A stretch of 64,000 nucleotides of DNA. Origin: Chara braunii (lineage: Eukaryota > Plantae > Charophyceae). A program made the translations under genes and the position numbers. The notes beneath the pieces are model-generated. The model had not been told where the DNA came from. It did no database searches and was given only the letters and a program-made list of their open reading frames with translations. Positions 1 to 10,644 of the stretch are shown piece after piece. The stretch is from contig BFEA01000029.1 in the NCBI GenBank assembly GCA_003427395.1, forward strand, positions 1,361,617 through 1,425,616, in the 5' to 3' direction. The number at the start of each line of letters is the position of its first letter. The first letter of the stretch is position 1.

Positions 1-67
<67 letters not shown>
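1..67. repeat. (AG)n microsatellite
   Basis: Pure AG dinucleotide run. Many other (AG)n/(TG)n runs occur, e.g. 10141, 15395, 21180-21330, 37005, 42497, 43246-43361, 53355-53745, 55849-55927. Confidence 0.99.
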
Positions 68-73
<6 letters not shown>

Positions 74-990
74 GGTGATTTTCGAGGGATTTTAGGAGTG
101 GAACAGCTGGACGGTATGTGGGGGGCCACGTGACTTGATTCGTCATTCATTCCTGGCGCTAAGATTGCGACGATCAATGTCCAGGAACGAAGAATCTGGG
201 CAAGTGAGACCTCGGCCGCGGAGGAGAGAACTGTATTTTCTTACCATAGCGGAGTACCTTTTTGCTGCTGCATGTTGTTGCAAGATTTCCGTCTACAATC
301 GCGAACAGTCAACTGAGGACCGTCTTTATTCAGGTTGTGTATTCGGCTGATCCATGTTAGTTTCAGCATCACCAGCAACCTGGTCTTTCCATTAGACGCG
401 GTGCAGATCCTTTCTTCGCCAGGAAGCAACCGTGGTCCATTATAGTGTATAGACCTGGGACTACTGTAAGCCCCAGCTCCTGGAACGAGGATCGACAAGG
501 TCCCAACCTGAGACTGCAGTCAGTCCCCCACTTACGTTACGTGGTTTCTTCGTGTCCGACCGTCGATTGCGAACATAAGTGATCTTGCGGCCAGAAGAAT
601 AGAAGTCGGGTAAGTGGGATGTGGTCCGGCTATAGTAGATTACGCGGATCTCCCACGTTGATCTTGTCGGAGGAAATGTGGTTTCCCTCAAGTGGTTGAT
701 CCGCCGCGCGAGGGAAGCAAAGCTGAGTCCGCCGTACGTAGCCTGAATTATGCGCAAGGTTACACTGCAGAAACACGCAATCTTAACAGCACCTTGTGGT
801 CGCACATTTTTCTTTAAATATGGACGGCTGGGAATGATGGGAAGATGTGTAGTGAGATGCGAATCCTATGGCTGTGGATCGAATCTCGACGTCGTTACCT
901 CGACAAAGTGGATTGCCGTTCCTCCTGGACCTGAACTTGGTGCTTACTACCAGCAATAAGTGTTGACGTCTCCAACTTGTTGAGTATAGG

Positions 991-1124
991 CAGAGGGGAT
1001 CGAATCCCCACGTCGCGGGCCTGAAGTAGGTCCTTACCAGTAATTAGTGGTGACGTCAGAGGGGATCGAATCCCCACGTCGCGGGCCTGAAGTATGTCCT
1101 TACCAGTAATTAGTGGTGACGTCA
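991..1124. repeat. 66-bp tandem duplication
   Basis: CAGAGGGGATCGAATCCCC...GGTGACGT starts at 991 and at 1057, with one mismatch. Confidence 0.95.
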
Positions 1125-2669
1125 CTAACTTCAGGACTCGACAATCAATGCACCAAGAAACGAAGGACCAAAGAAAACGAATCGTGCGTGGAACATCGGG
1201 GATACTATCGAGGAGGGAATTCTCAGACGGGGAGCTTTCTTGCGCGATTTTGGACGTAATAGCGGTCGGATACGTCCAGAAATGTCCCGAGTGTAAGTAT
1301 GCCCTAACTCGCTGAAACTGGTGTTGTACAAGTTACGTGCTTAAATGGGAGGAAGCTACCTGTTCTTTTGCCACGTCACGCTAACGCGACAATGCCGATG
1401 GGGCTTACGATAAACATTTCACTTTATTTGTACCTACCTTACGTGCTATCTTTCTTCGGGAGCGATCCTGGTCCTTGTAAAGCTAGTACGGTGCAGAACC
1501 AAAAATCCAGACGAATTGGGATGTCGCCGGGTTTTATCTCTATAATATATTTCTTACCGTGAAAACCAAGCCAAGTTTGATTCTCTTCCTTCCTGGCCGT
1601 TGGTTCAAGTTTGATTCTCTTCCTTTCTGGCCGTTGGTTCTTAAGAACCTACGGTACGGTGCAGGGCGAAGAAAGAATCCAGGGAAGTTGTACATGCCCG
1701 AACGAATTCTGTTTTCCTGACCGATGATCGTTGATCGTCATAACCGACGGCCCTGAACGAAGAATCTTTCCTGGCCGTTGATCCTCATAAACGACGGCCC
1801 TGAGCGAAGAATCTAGTTCAAGTCTGATATAGCTGGATTCTGCCTGTCTGGCCTTCCATGTCCCGGCCGCAGTTTAGACGAAGAATCCGGGCTGAGTGGG
1901 ATGCGGCGGGATTGTTTCTTTGTCGTCATCGATCCGTCTAATCCACGGTCCAGAAGGAAGAATCCGGGCCGAGTGGGATATGCTCTGATTCTGACTTTCT
2001 GCCCGTCGATCCTTACTGGCCGTTGATGTATCTAATCTACGTTTCAGAGTCTAGGTTCAGAATGAGGGGAACTTAGGAGAGGTGGGATGTTTTCTGGCCG
2101 TTGATCTAATCTAATCTACTTTGAGAATGTTGAATTCAGGCCATTGATATGTCTGTTCTTTCTCGCACGGTGCGTCGCCGACATAAATAACCGTCCATAG
2201 GGCGGATGTGGGAGAAGGGGTAGGGTCGCTCGGCACTGGCGTGGGAGAAGGGGTAGGTAGGGTCGTTCGGCACTGGCGTGCTTGGCGTGGAAGCCAGATA
2301 TGTTCTTGGCGCGCTTTCCCTCTTGAGTTTTTTTTTTTTTTCGATGGCGGTGATCAGTGATCGCCTCCGCACGTTGTCTCGTTGATCTGCCCGTCTGTGG
2401 AAGGTGAGGGAGGCGTGTCGAAGGAGTTTTATTTTTTATTTTTTTAAGGGTGGGATAAAAAAAAGAAAAAGAAAAAAGAAAAAAAAAAAGAAAAAAAGAA
2501 AAAAAAGAAAGAAGGACAAAAAGGGAAAAAAGGGAAAAAAAGGAAAAAAAGGAAAGAAAGAAAAAAAAGAAAAAAAGAAGAAAAGAAGAAAAAGAAAAAA
2601 AGAAAAAAAAAGGACGACGGCCTTAGATGAACTGACCTGCCCCAGCAAATTCAGAACTACTATTTTATT

Positions 2670-2746
2670 CTGTTCATGTGGTCATCTGGACTCGAACTCA
2701 GGTGTGTGTTTCAATAGTTCCATGGGTGGTGTACCAACTGAGCTGC
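2670..2746 (-). mobile_element. tRNA-derived SINE head (family S1), abutting a MITE
   Basis: The reverse complement AGCTCAGTTGGTACACCACCCATGGAACTATTGAAACACACACCTGAGTTCGAGTCCAG has A-box and B-box-like motifs and is homologous to 4011-4090 and 4793-4885. Confidence 0.7.
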
Positions 2747-2748
2747 TA

Positions 2749-2853
2749 CCGTCTGCACCCGAATAGAGCGCCCGGTCCTTATAGCTGTATCTGGACTGAA
2801 AATTGCTCCAAATACCGCTATAATGACCGGGCGTTCTATTCTGACGAAGATGG
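2749..2853. mobile_element. 105-bp Tc1/mariner (pogo-like) MITE, TA TSD
   Basis: Long imperfect TIRs CCGTCTGCACCCGAATAG... / ...CTATTCTGACGAAGATGG, flanked by cTA...TAg. Confidence 0.85.
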
Positions 2854-3180
2854 TAGGCCTGTTGGTAGAGATGAGGAGTTTGAAAGAGGAGGGTGATGTG
2901 AATTGCTGGTTGGTCTCATGATGAATTCCTGTGATATCTGCCACCGTTTTTCGCCGTGCAGAGTGCAGAGTCGAGGTCAATACAGCTATGTGTGACCATG
3001 GACCTCGCTTCAGTACTCACCATGTGCACAACAGACAAAAGATATGGCAATGTATCTTCCCATGTTCTAACGGAAGATTCAATTCTCATTTTGCTCATTT
3101 GGTGAGTAGTGGAGCGAGGCGCCATGTTTTCCAATTTGGTAGTAACGTCAGGCAGTAGGGGATTCTGTACAATGTTGAAG

Positions 3181-3218
3181 CTGTCTCTTATACACATCTA
3201 GATGTGTATAAGAGACAG
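3181..3218. other. Nextera mate-pair junction adapter (assembly artefact)
   Basis: Exact CTGTCTCTTATACACATCT+AGATGTGTATAAGAGACAG (Tn5 mosaic-end palindrome). Confidence 0.98.
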
Positions 3219-3281
3219 ACCATATGCAATCACAAATGACCACTACATCCATATGCATTTCTTGTTTCCTTTGTTGTTTGT

Positions 3282-3361
3282 CAGATGGACCACGGATCAG
3301 ATATTAAACTGATCAGAACAGATACTACAATTGATCTTAGCCAAAAGGCCGAGAAAGGTAT
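3282..3361 (-). pseudogene. U2: 3'-truncated U2 snRNA retrocopy
   Basis: The reverse complement ATACCTTTCTCGGCCTTTTGGCTAAGATCAATTGTAGTATCTGTTCTGATCAGTTTAATATCTGATCCGTGGTCCATC matches plant U2 nt 1-~80. An A-rich tail follows (3258-3281) and there is no Sm site. Confidence 0.9.
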
Positions 3362-3489
3362 GCTACTCATCTTTTGCAAGTTAAACTAGAGGGCTATATT
3401 AAATTAGGAATCCTTCTCCCTCTCTTCAGGCTGTTTATTTCCCCCCCACCCATTTTGCAGCAGCAGTCGCCGTGGCTATATTAAACCAG

Positions 3490-3730
3490 GGATCATGACT
3501 GTTGCTCACAAAGAGCTGGCGCGCCCGCGGCCAGTACGGCAGAGATTCTACTACTAGCACAGAACGAGAGATACTGACCGTAGATAATGGAGGTGAAAGG
3601 TCAGTACCTCTCCGAGCCAAAAGCCCCATTTGCCCAAATTCTTTCATTCTCGACCGTCGACGTCTGAAATCAAGGGACCGTAGGTAATGGAGATTCTGTT
3701 CATCTGCTTGCATCTGGATTTGAAACACGG
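3490..3730 (-). mobile_element. SINE family S1 body, inverted relative to 4793-5160
   Basis: High-identity inverted match to 4840-5155, e.g. GCTCACAAAGAGCTGGCGCGCCC and AAAAGCCCCATTTGCCCAAATTCTTTCATTCTCGACCGTCGAC. Confidence 0.75.
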
Positions 3731-3882
3731 TATGATTCGCAGCAGTAGAATCTCTGCCGTACCGGCCGCGGAAGCGTACCCTTTTATCACCAGCCGTAGA
3801 CTGATATTTCACTGGCAGGGACTCAAAGATGCTGACCTTGGATCTTGCAGTATCTACGGTCAGTATCTTCCACGGCGTGCTA

Positions 3883-3987
3883 CCGTCTTCACCCGAATAG
3901 GACGCCCGGTCACTATCGCCGTATCTGGGCTGAAAGTTGTGCCAAATACAGCTATAATGACCGGGCGTTCTATTCGGGTGAAGACGG
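3883..3987. mobile_element. 105-bp pogo-like MITE, TA TSD
   Basis: TIRs CCGTCTTCACCCGAATAG / CTATTCGGGTGAAGACGG, flanked by cTA...TAg. Confidence 0.92.
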
Positions 3988-4010
3988 TAGTTGAAATCTC
4001 CGCCACACCA

Positions 4011-4090
4011 GCCGGCTTAGCTCAGTTAGTACACCTATGAACTGTTGAAACGCAGACCTGAGTTGGGATCCGGATTCAACAAGACGAACG
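4011..4090 (+). mobile_element. tRNA-derived SINE head (family S1)
   Basis: GCCGGCTTAGCTCAGTTAGTA (A box) followed by a degenerate B box GAGTTGGGATCC. Confidence 0.65.
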
Positions 4091-4356
4091 AAGTTGCCGA
4101 AATTCCTAGGGCCGGGCAGTTTGACGATGGTATCTCAAGGCTGTCGCCCCTTTTTTTTTAATTATATATATATATATATTTTTAATGAAGCTGCCTTGTC
4201 ATCACATCATCAGGGGAGAGCTGTATATATATTTTTTAATGAAGCTGCCTTGTCATCACATCATCAGGGGAGAGCTGTATATTTTCCCCTCACCTCACGT
4301 ATATACTTAACTGGCGTTCTGCGATGTCATGGAACATATATCTTTCTTTCACTCCC

Positions 4357-4550
4357 TACCTACCACTACTCCTAAGGCTATACTGGGGACCCCGGCAAGC
4401 ATACCTTCGACCTCTCTTCGGCGAACGGAGGAGGTTACCTCTCTCTCCCAGTGGAGAGAGGTAACGGCATGTTTGCCCCTTTGCCCTAGTGTTTAGGGTG
4501 CAGGGTTGTGACCGCCAGTGGGGGCCCGGCTAACACAAGGACCGGGCATT
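4357..4550 (+). repeat. Structured dispersed repeat, homologous (inverted) to 55155-55295
   Basis: Shared blocks CTACCTACCAC, GACCCC.GCAAG.ATA, GCATGTT(T)GCCCCT, TTAGGGTGCAG.GTTG and CCAGTGGGG..CTAACA..AGGACCG.GC. Confidence 0.7.
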
Positions 4551-4792
4551 TTTGCCCACCCCCATCTAGTAACAGTAGTGTCTAAAGTTTACACTCTCCC
4601 ACATACCGCACGCAACCCGATCACACGCGCACTCACACCCGCGGTGGCTGAAGACCTTACTAAAAATAAAGGAGGGAAAAAGAAAAAAAGAAAAAAAAAG
4701 TCTCCGCCACAGTGGCCGTGAGCGCATCCGTCGTGTCAGCAGCCATTGGCCGAGATTCGACGACGTACTGAATTTTTTAATCTACGGTCAGT

Positions 4793-5160
4793 ATCGGCCT
4801 TCAGTTGGTACACACCCATGAACTGTTGAAATGCAGACCCGTGTTCAAATCCAGATGCAAGCAGATGAACAGAATCTCCATTGTCTTCGGTCAGTAACGC
4901 CCGAGGTTCTATTGGTGAGTGAGTGAGGACTGAGGGCCAAGTCTCACTTGCCAAATTCTTCATTTCTGTCCCTTGATGTCCGAGGTCGACGGTCGAGAAT
5001 GAAAGAATTTGGGCAAATGGGGCTTTTGCCTCGGAGAGGTACTGACATTTCGCCTCCATAATGTACGGTCAGTATCTCTCGTTCTGTGCTACGTAGTAGT
5101 AGAATCTCTGCCATAGTGGCCCCGGGCGCGCCAGCTCTTTGTGAGCACCAGTCGTGATTG
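4793..5160 (+). mobile_element. tRNA-derived SINE (family S1), head plus body
   Basis: TCAGTTGG A-box remnant and GTTCAAATCC B box. The body is shared with 3490-3730. Confidence 0.7.
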
Positions 5161-5282
5161 GCTGCGGGCAGCCAGGCTCTACGGTGCAGATCGACCTCTC
5201 GGGCTCTTCTCTGAGAAAAAGGGCCTCGTCGCACTGTTCACACCCACAGGAAGTAACTGGCAAGTGCATCTTTTCATGTCAT

Positions 5283-5592
5283 ACCCACAGGAGGACCTTC
5301 CTGGGTGGATATGACCGCAATTACATCCAGACTTGAATTTATATGACCACAATTACAGCCCGACTGAATGAATATGACCGCAATTACGTCCAGAGCGCAG
5401 TGGAAAAAGTTATCGTGCAAGGACGCTCTTATTGAAGGTTGCAAGGCACAACCCACAGGAGGACTTTCCTGAGTGGATGACCACAATCACAGCTAGACCT
5501 GAATGAATATGACCGCAATTTGACGTCCAAAGCTCAGAACGAGAATTTCTTGTGTGAGGACGCTCTCTTATTCAAGGTTGCACGGCACAACC
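5283..5592. repeat. Degenerate tandem repeat (~168-bp period with ATATGACCGCAATTAC subrepeats)
   Basis: ACCCACAGGAGGAC occurs at 5283 and 5451, with repeated GACCRCAATTAC. Confidence 0.8.
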
Positions 5593-6176
5593 TGTCACTT
5601 TTCATAGCGGCATATGTATCTAGTCAGCTATGTGAAGATGTACTCTCCGCTTTTTTTCACATTTGTTTGGTGTGTAATTCGGCATGCCCTGTAGACGAGA
5701 GTTGGACGCGGGATGAAACGCGCAGCACAGTTTTTTTTTTTTTATATAAAAATTTAAACGCAGTGGTGTCTCACATGCGACTGCACCGGTGATCAAGAAA
5801 AGACAAAAACAGGAAAAAAGCGAAAAAATGCTAAAAAGGCCATGCAGTGTGGTTCTGCCTGGCAATCCTAATAAGGAAAAAAAAATAAAAATCGATAGGG
5901 CCATAGTTCACTCACTTTCGTACTTTCCTAAAACTCGCGAAAAGATCATGAAAAGAGACTGCAGAGGATGGGTGTACACACGCTGGAAATTTATATTTTT
6001 AGTATTTTTTGTTATATTTGTAGTATTTGTTAAAAAGGCAACGTAGCCCAACCCAATTCGAGTTTCTGTCGAAATAAAAGCGCCCTGAAATGTTGAGATT
6101 TTCAGACCTGCAAAACGTTGTTGTGAAGGTTAAAACAGGCCGTTTTTTTGTTAACATCGAGAAGTTTTGCCCTGCG

Positions 6177-6383
6177 GCGAGGTCCCACTAGCAAAAAGGA
6201 TTGGATTAAGCTCCTGAATCCGGATGTGGTTTATGCCCATATATGCAGACTAAGCTCTTGAATCTGGATGCGTTTTATGCACGGTTGCAGAAAGGCAGTT
6301 CAATCGCCATTTTCTGCACCTCTCTACAATCGCGTCCAGATTCAGGCGTTGAATCCAATCCTCTTTTGCTAGTGGGACCTCGC
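6177..6383. mobile_element. Fold-back/MITE with ~55-bp imperfect TIRs
   Basis: GCGAGGTCCCACTAGCAAAAAGGATTGGATT versus AATCCAATCCTCTTTTGCTAGTGGGACCTCGC. TSD unclear. Confidence 0.75.
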
Positions 6384-6834
6384 TCTCTGTGGCGTGCTGG
6401 CGACGTGGAAAAGGTGTGGAGAAGAGTTTACGTGCCGATATATCTTTTTTTTTTTTTCCACCTTGTTTGATTCTTTTTTTTTGGCGACTCTCAGCGTCCC
6501 GAGGGGCTGGGGGAGGAAAGTGGGACCGGAAGGACGTCGCTACATTATTATTCTCCAAATTCGGAAGTGGTAATGCATCTGCCCAGTTCTAGCGGAAAGT
6601 TACGTTCGCCGTCTTGCACATTTGGGAAGTCGGATGGAAAAAAAGGACTGACATGACGCATTTGCGCTGCAAAGAGCATCTCTCCTCTTAGTACTCGCAG
6701 CCCATCGTCGCACTCGGAGCTTTCTGTGACGTCGTACCTAGATCGTAGTTGAGGTTCTATGCATCCCGGAAGAATGCCCTACCCAGTGTCGGTACTTCCA
6801 TCGTCACACTTGTCACGAAAAAGTTATCCCTCGC

Positions 6835-6950
6835 ACCTTTCTCGGCCTTGTGGCTAAGTAAGATCAAGTGTAGTACCTGTTCTGGCCAGTTTTTTTTTGT
6901 TTTTTTTTTCCAGTAAAGTTTAGTATTTGATCCGTGGTTCCATCCGGCCA
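6835..6950 (+). pseudogene. U2: 3'-truncated U2 snRNA retrocopy with TSD
   Basis: ACCTTTCTCGGCCTTGTGGCTAAG(TAAG)ATCAAGTGTAGTACCTGTTCT, then a T-run insertion, then GTTTAGTATTTGATCCGTGGTTCCATCCGGCC and an A-rich tail. TSD GAAAAAGTTATCCCTCGC (6817-6834) / GAAAAAGTTACCCTTGGC (6968-6985). Confidence 0.88.
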
Positions 6951-7059
6951 TAGTAAAAAGAAGAGAAGAAAAAGTTACCCTTGGCATGAACGTTGTCTGA
7001 TTGTTTCTGTTTACTGTAGCTGCAGGAACATCCGTACCAAAATAGGATTCCATAGTTGT

Positions 7060-7425
7060 ATACTGACTCTGCCGAGGCCGTATAACGCTCCATTTCACGA
7101 ATGTCAACTTCTGTTTCTTGTCCAAATACAGTTCGTTATGTGGAAGCAGCGGTATGGAGGAGGGCGAAGAAGGCCTTCCGGCTTCTGTTAGGGGCTCGTA
7201 GTCTCTTGAACTATACTGACTCTGTGGTGGTTGTATAACGCCCCATCTCAGGAACGTATACAAGCGACATTCCTGTCCAAATACAGTCAGGATGCAGGAG
7301 CAGCAATATGGAGGACGGTGAACGCCTAGGCCTTCCAACTTCTCTTGGGGGTCCGTACTCTGTGGAGCCCCCCTCTCCCCCCCCCAATCTCAGGAACGTA
7401 TACAGGCGATATTCCTGTGTCCAAT
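7060..7425. repeat. ~153-bp degenerate tandem repeat (2+ copies)
   Basis: TATACTGACTCTG..GTATAACG..TGTCCAAATACAGT..ATGGAGGA is repeated at ~7060 and ~7212, with a partial copy at ~7385. Confidence 0.75.
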
Positions 7426-7557
7426 TGTAATTTGGCGAAATAGGGTGTAAGGAGGGTCCGAGGTAAGGTCACTTTTGCGTAGGCTCCTAGGTATGGTCCC
7501 TTTTCCTTGCCGTTCTTCGTTCATGACCGGAGATTGTGAGATTAACGGACACAATTG

Positions 7558-7751
7558 ATGGAATCCGGGAAGTGGAACCTCAGTCCCCTTCTCCGCATCC
7601 CGTCTCATAATCACTCCACGAGGTTTTGGTCGGAATCATTGCGTAATGGCTGTCAGATATATCATGGGAAATTGTCGGGTGTGTATACCCTCTCCCTCTC
7701 CTCGGAAGATGCAACGAGTGCTGGGTCACCACAGCTGCTCACCCTCTCTTG
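7558..7751 (+). CDS. Probable first coding exon of the RCC1-family gene
   Basis: The ORF ends ...PQLLTLSW with a split codon TG|gtagat. The phase matches the G that opens exon 21637 and gives LSW-GAGEDGQLG (cf. VIAWGSGEDGQLG). The start ATG is uncertain. Confidence 0.45.
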
Positions 7752-8901
7752 GTAGATGCAATCAATGCTGAGTCACTACGGTTTTTATAGCGGAAGGCAA
7801 TCTTAGGCAGAGGGGTTTGCATGCTGTTGGGTGCATGCATGTGACCCTGAAAAAATTAAAGGATGTCACATTTAGCGAAAATGAGTCTTTCGGGACACAT
7901 TGTTGACGCACGGGGCCCAAAATTGCATGGCCCCTCAGATTAAAAGATCACACGCACAAATAGAGAAATGGTCCAATCAAAACAAAAAAGGGATGCCGGC
8001 AAAGAGAAGAAAATGATGCTTCACTTCGGCACGTCTGCGCCCCCTCTGAAAGATTTTTGCAATGACGTAGGTGCCCATTTGAAGAATGTAATGTATCTGG
8101 GCGGACACCTTTATAGAATGTATATGGACAGGAACCAGGGTGAGTACATTCTGGTCACAAAGTCCACGAGAGAATCCCACAGAACTGAATGCCCCGTTTT
8201 GGCTTTCGATCTTGTTCCTCTATGGTTGAGAACGCGGCGGACTTTAGGTAAATGGGACGTGTATCTCCAGGTAGATTCTATCCGTATAGGATTGGCCACT
8301 GAGGTGATTGTTAACCTCTGGAGGTCTACGTGTGGATTCTGACGACCGAGGATGCAGAATCGTAGCAGGTGGAACCTCCCTGAGTCAGATTTGATATGGA
8401 GCGGGCAGACTGAGCCCATCGTTAACCTCAAGGTCTCTGTAGGGAATCAACCTTGTTTTGCTCTTTCAGCAGAGATGCTTTTTTAGGGCAATTGCAATTT
8501 CTCATAGGCTTCAACAAACCACCCCTAGGAGGAAGCGGAATTGAAGAGAAAACAAAGGGCTGATTTCCTACGCAGGCCTCAGGACGTCAACCTTAAACCA
8601 CCAGTACACAGCCATACATGGGTCGCTGGCCCCCCACTGCCAGTTTCGGAGGCCTGATATGCGACGCCAGCCATTGATGAAATTTATCAGCGGGCGTGCC
8701 AGCCCCGACTTTTTCAGAGGAGGTGATGAACAATTCGCCACGAGGCTGGGGCCATGTACTCGCAGTTCTCTGTTGGAAATCAGCTCTCTTTTTTCTCTCA
8801 AACTTCCACGTGCTTCTTAGTGTGGCTGGTTGTAGCTTGTGAGAAAGTGTAAAACCGGTTGCAATTGCCCCTGAAAGCCTCTGCTGAGCACCTAAACTTA
8901 A

Positions 8902-9102
8902 ACGACCAGTACTTGGCCCAGCTATCGATGCCGAGCCTGGAATGGCCCTGCGGGCCAATTTTTGCCGAAGCGTCGGGGTACCGTGTCGATTTTTTTTTGG
9001 CTAGTGCTTGCGGCCATTGTGGTCCGGTACCCCGAAGCTCTGAAGGCGCGGTGTGTTAATGGGGAAGCGCGGCGGCTGATAGCTGGGCCAAGTACTGGTG
9101 GT
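8902..9102. mobile_element. TTAA-flanked MITE (ACCACCAGTAC family)
   Basis: TTAA|ACGACCAGTACTTGGCCCAGCTATC ... GATAGCTGGGCCAAGTACTGGTGGT|TTAA. Confidence 0.92.
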
Positions 9103-9165
9103 TTAAGGTTGCTAGCTGAGAGGAGGACACGTGGTAATCTACCTTCTTTCTTTCATAGTAACCTG

Positions 9166-9267
9166 CCGTCTTCACCTGAGTAGAACGCACGGTCATTATT
9201 GCTGTACCTTGGCAAGTTGCACCAAATACAGCCGTTATGACCGTGCATTCTATTTGGGCGAAGATGG
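9166..9267. mobile_element. pogo-like MITE (diverged)
   Basis: CCGTCTTCACCTGAGTAGAACGCACGGTCAT / ATGACCGTGCATTCTATTTGGGCGAAGATGG. Confidence 0.82.
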
Positions 9268-10140
9268 TGCTGGCTTGCCATGCAGAAGAAGTCGTGGAGT
9301 AGACAAGTAGGCAGATGGGCACTGGGCCACTCTGCGTGTTTGCAAACATATAGAAATTCACTTGCAATCAAATGGGGGGTTGTGTTTCAATTGTATGGGC
9401 CTTCTTTAGAGGGGCTGTTCTGGGGTAGTTGCTCGTGTGGTGGGTAGATGTGAAAACATGGCGGAAAGCGTGTGTGCTAACCGGGGCAGAATTTTGCATT
9501 TGCTCTGGCTGTTGCGGTTTGCCTTGAGTGGCAGCTGTTACCTTCAACAAAATGAAAGTCAGTCTGAAAAGGAGATCTCTATGAGAGTGATCTCAGTCTG
9601 AAAAGGAGATCACACTGAGATTTATCGGAGTTCTGCAGGACCCGTGGCTTACATAAGCAGGCAATAAGCAGAGGTGATTTGTTTGATTACATTGATTTTT
9701 GTCTTGATCCTGAACTCCCTCGTGCTGGAATTGGTGCCAGTGGCTGCCTGGTTGGTGTCTCTTCATGCCTCTCAGTTGCAAATGGATCTGGGGAATACTC
9801 ACATGCCACTGATGTGTGAGTCTCAGGTGTTGAAACTTGGCTGTTCTTTTCTTTTGTTTTATTTTCTGAATTTTCTCCCTCCAATTAAGGTTGTGAAGAG
9901 CAGCCTGCAGACATGGGGCAACCCCGTAGCTGCATTCATACTGTGGGTTGTTTTGGAGGGTGGTGAAGGGGGGTACAGACAGGGTTACTCTGGCAGTGGG
10001 TGTGGAGATGGGGCTAGATTATCATGGTGTCAGGGGTGTAGTTGCTCAACTTAGCAACGTGGCTGAGTGAGCAAGTCAAATGATGGAGCTCTGTTTTTTT
10101 TTTTTTTTTTTTTTTNNNNNNNNNNNNNNNNNNNNNNNNN

Positions 10141-10185
<45 letters not shown>

Positions 10186-10188
<3 letters not shown>

Positions 10189-10264
10189 ATGTGTGTCATC
10201 CATGCGCAGGGGCCATGCTAATCTTCTCTGTATGGTTCCAATTTTAACGGATGTCCCGAAGGAC
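10186..10264 (-). pseudogene. U6: U6 snRNA copy running into a (CA)n tract
   Basis: Reverse complement GTCCTTCGGGACATCCGTTAAAATTGGAACCATACAGAGAAGATTAGCATGGCCCCTGCGCATGGATGACACACATAAA. The 3' end is replaced by (CA)n, a gap and poly(A). Confidence 0.93.
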
Positions 10265-10473
10265 TTCTTTTTTTGTTTTTGTTTTTGGACAGCGGGTCAT
10301 GTTTGGACTCGATAGGTGGATATGCTCATCAGGTGGGTGCCTATTTTACACACCTAGCTCTCTGTCCACCCATTTCATGTATTCACTGCCATTGGGATGC
10401 AACTGAGTCTCTGCGAAAACTATGCGTCTCCTGTGAAAGGAAATTGAGGAATATTTCTCGTCCTCACGTTTAA

Positions 10474-10644
10474 ACCACCAGTACGCCCGGGCCTGGATGT
10501 GCTGCAGTGCTTTTTAAGCTTTTCTGACCCGCCAGCGGTGCACTTCTTGTCTTTTCTGGCTGGCACCGTGGTCTGTTAGGCCTGAGCGGCAAAAAGTAGG
10601 CGATGAACAAATCTCTGGAAGACTTAAGGCCGTGTACTGCCGGC
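10474..10644. mobile_element. TTAA-flanked MITE (diverged)
   Basis: TTAA|ACCACCAGTAC ... GTACTGCCGGC|TTAA. Confidence 0.7.

Noticed and set aside
2404-2766. Lys-rich ORF, and similar VC/HT/ER/LS-repeat ORFs across the track
   Set aside because: These are translations of poly(A)-rich tracts and microsatellites.
3181-3218. Tn5/IS50 transposon end or bacterial horizontal transfer
   Set aside because: It is the synthetic mosaic-end palindrome of Nextera mate-pair libraries, with no transposase nearby.
4302-4313. U1 snRNA 5' end (ATACTTAACTGG)
   Set aside because: Only 11/12 nt match and no downstream U1 stem-loops are recognisable.
4480-4570. Telomerase RNA (CCCACCCCCA end, TTTAGGG nearby)
   Set aside because: The template would be in the wrong orientation, and the homologous copy at 55155-55295 lacks these motifs.
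7968-8342. Coding-looking 124-aa ORF with a GTGAGT donor
   Set aside because: No recognisable family, and it does not fit the RCC1 exon chain; it cannot be supported without transcripts.
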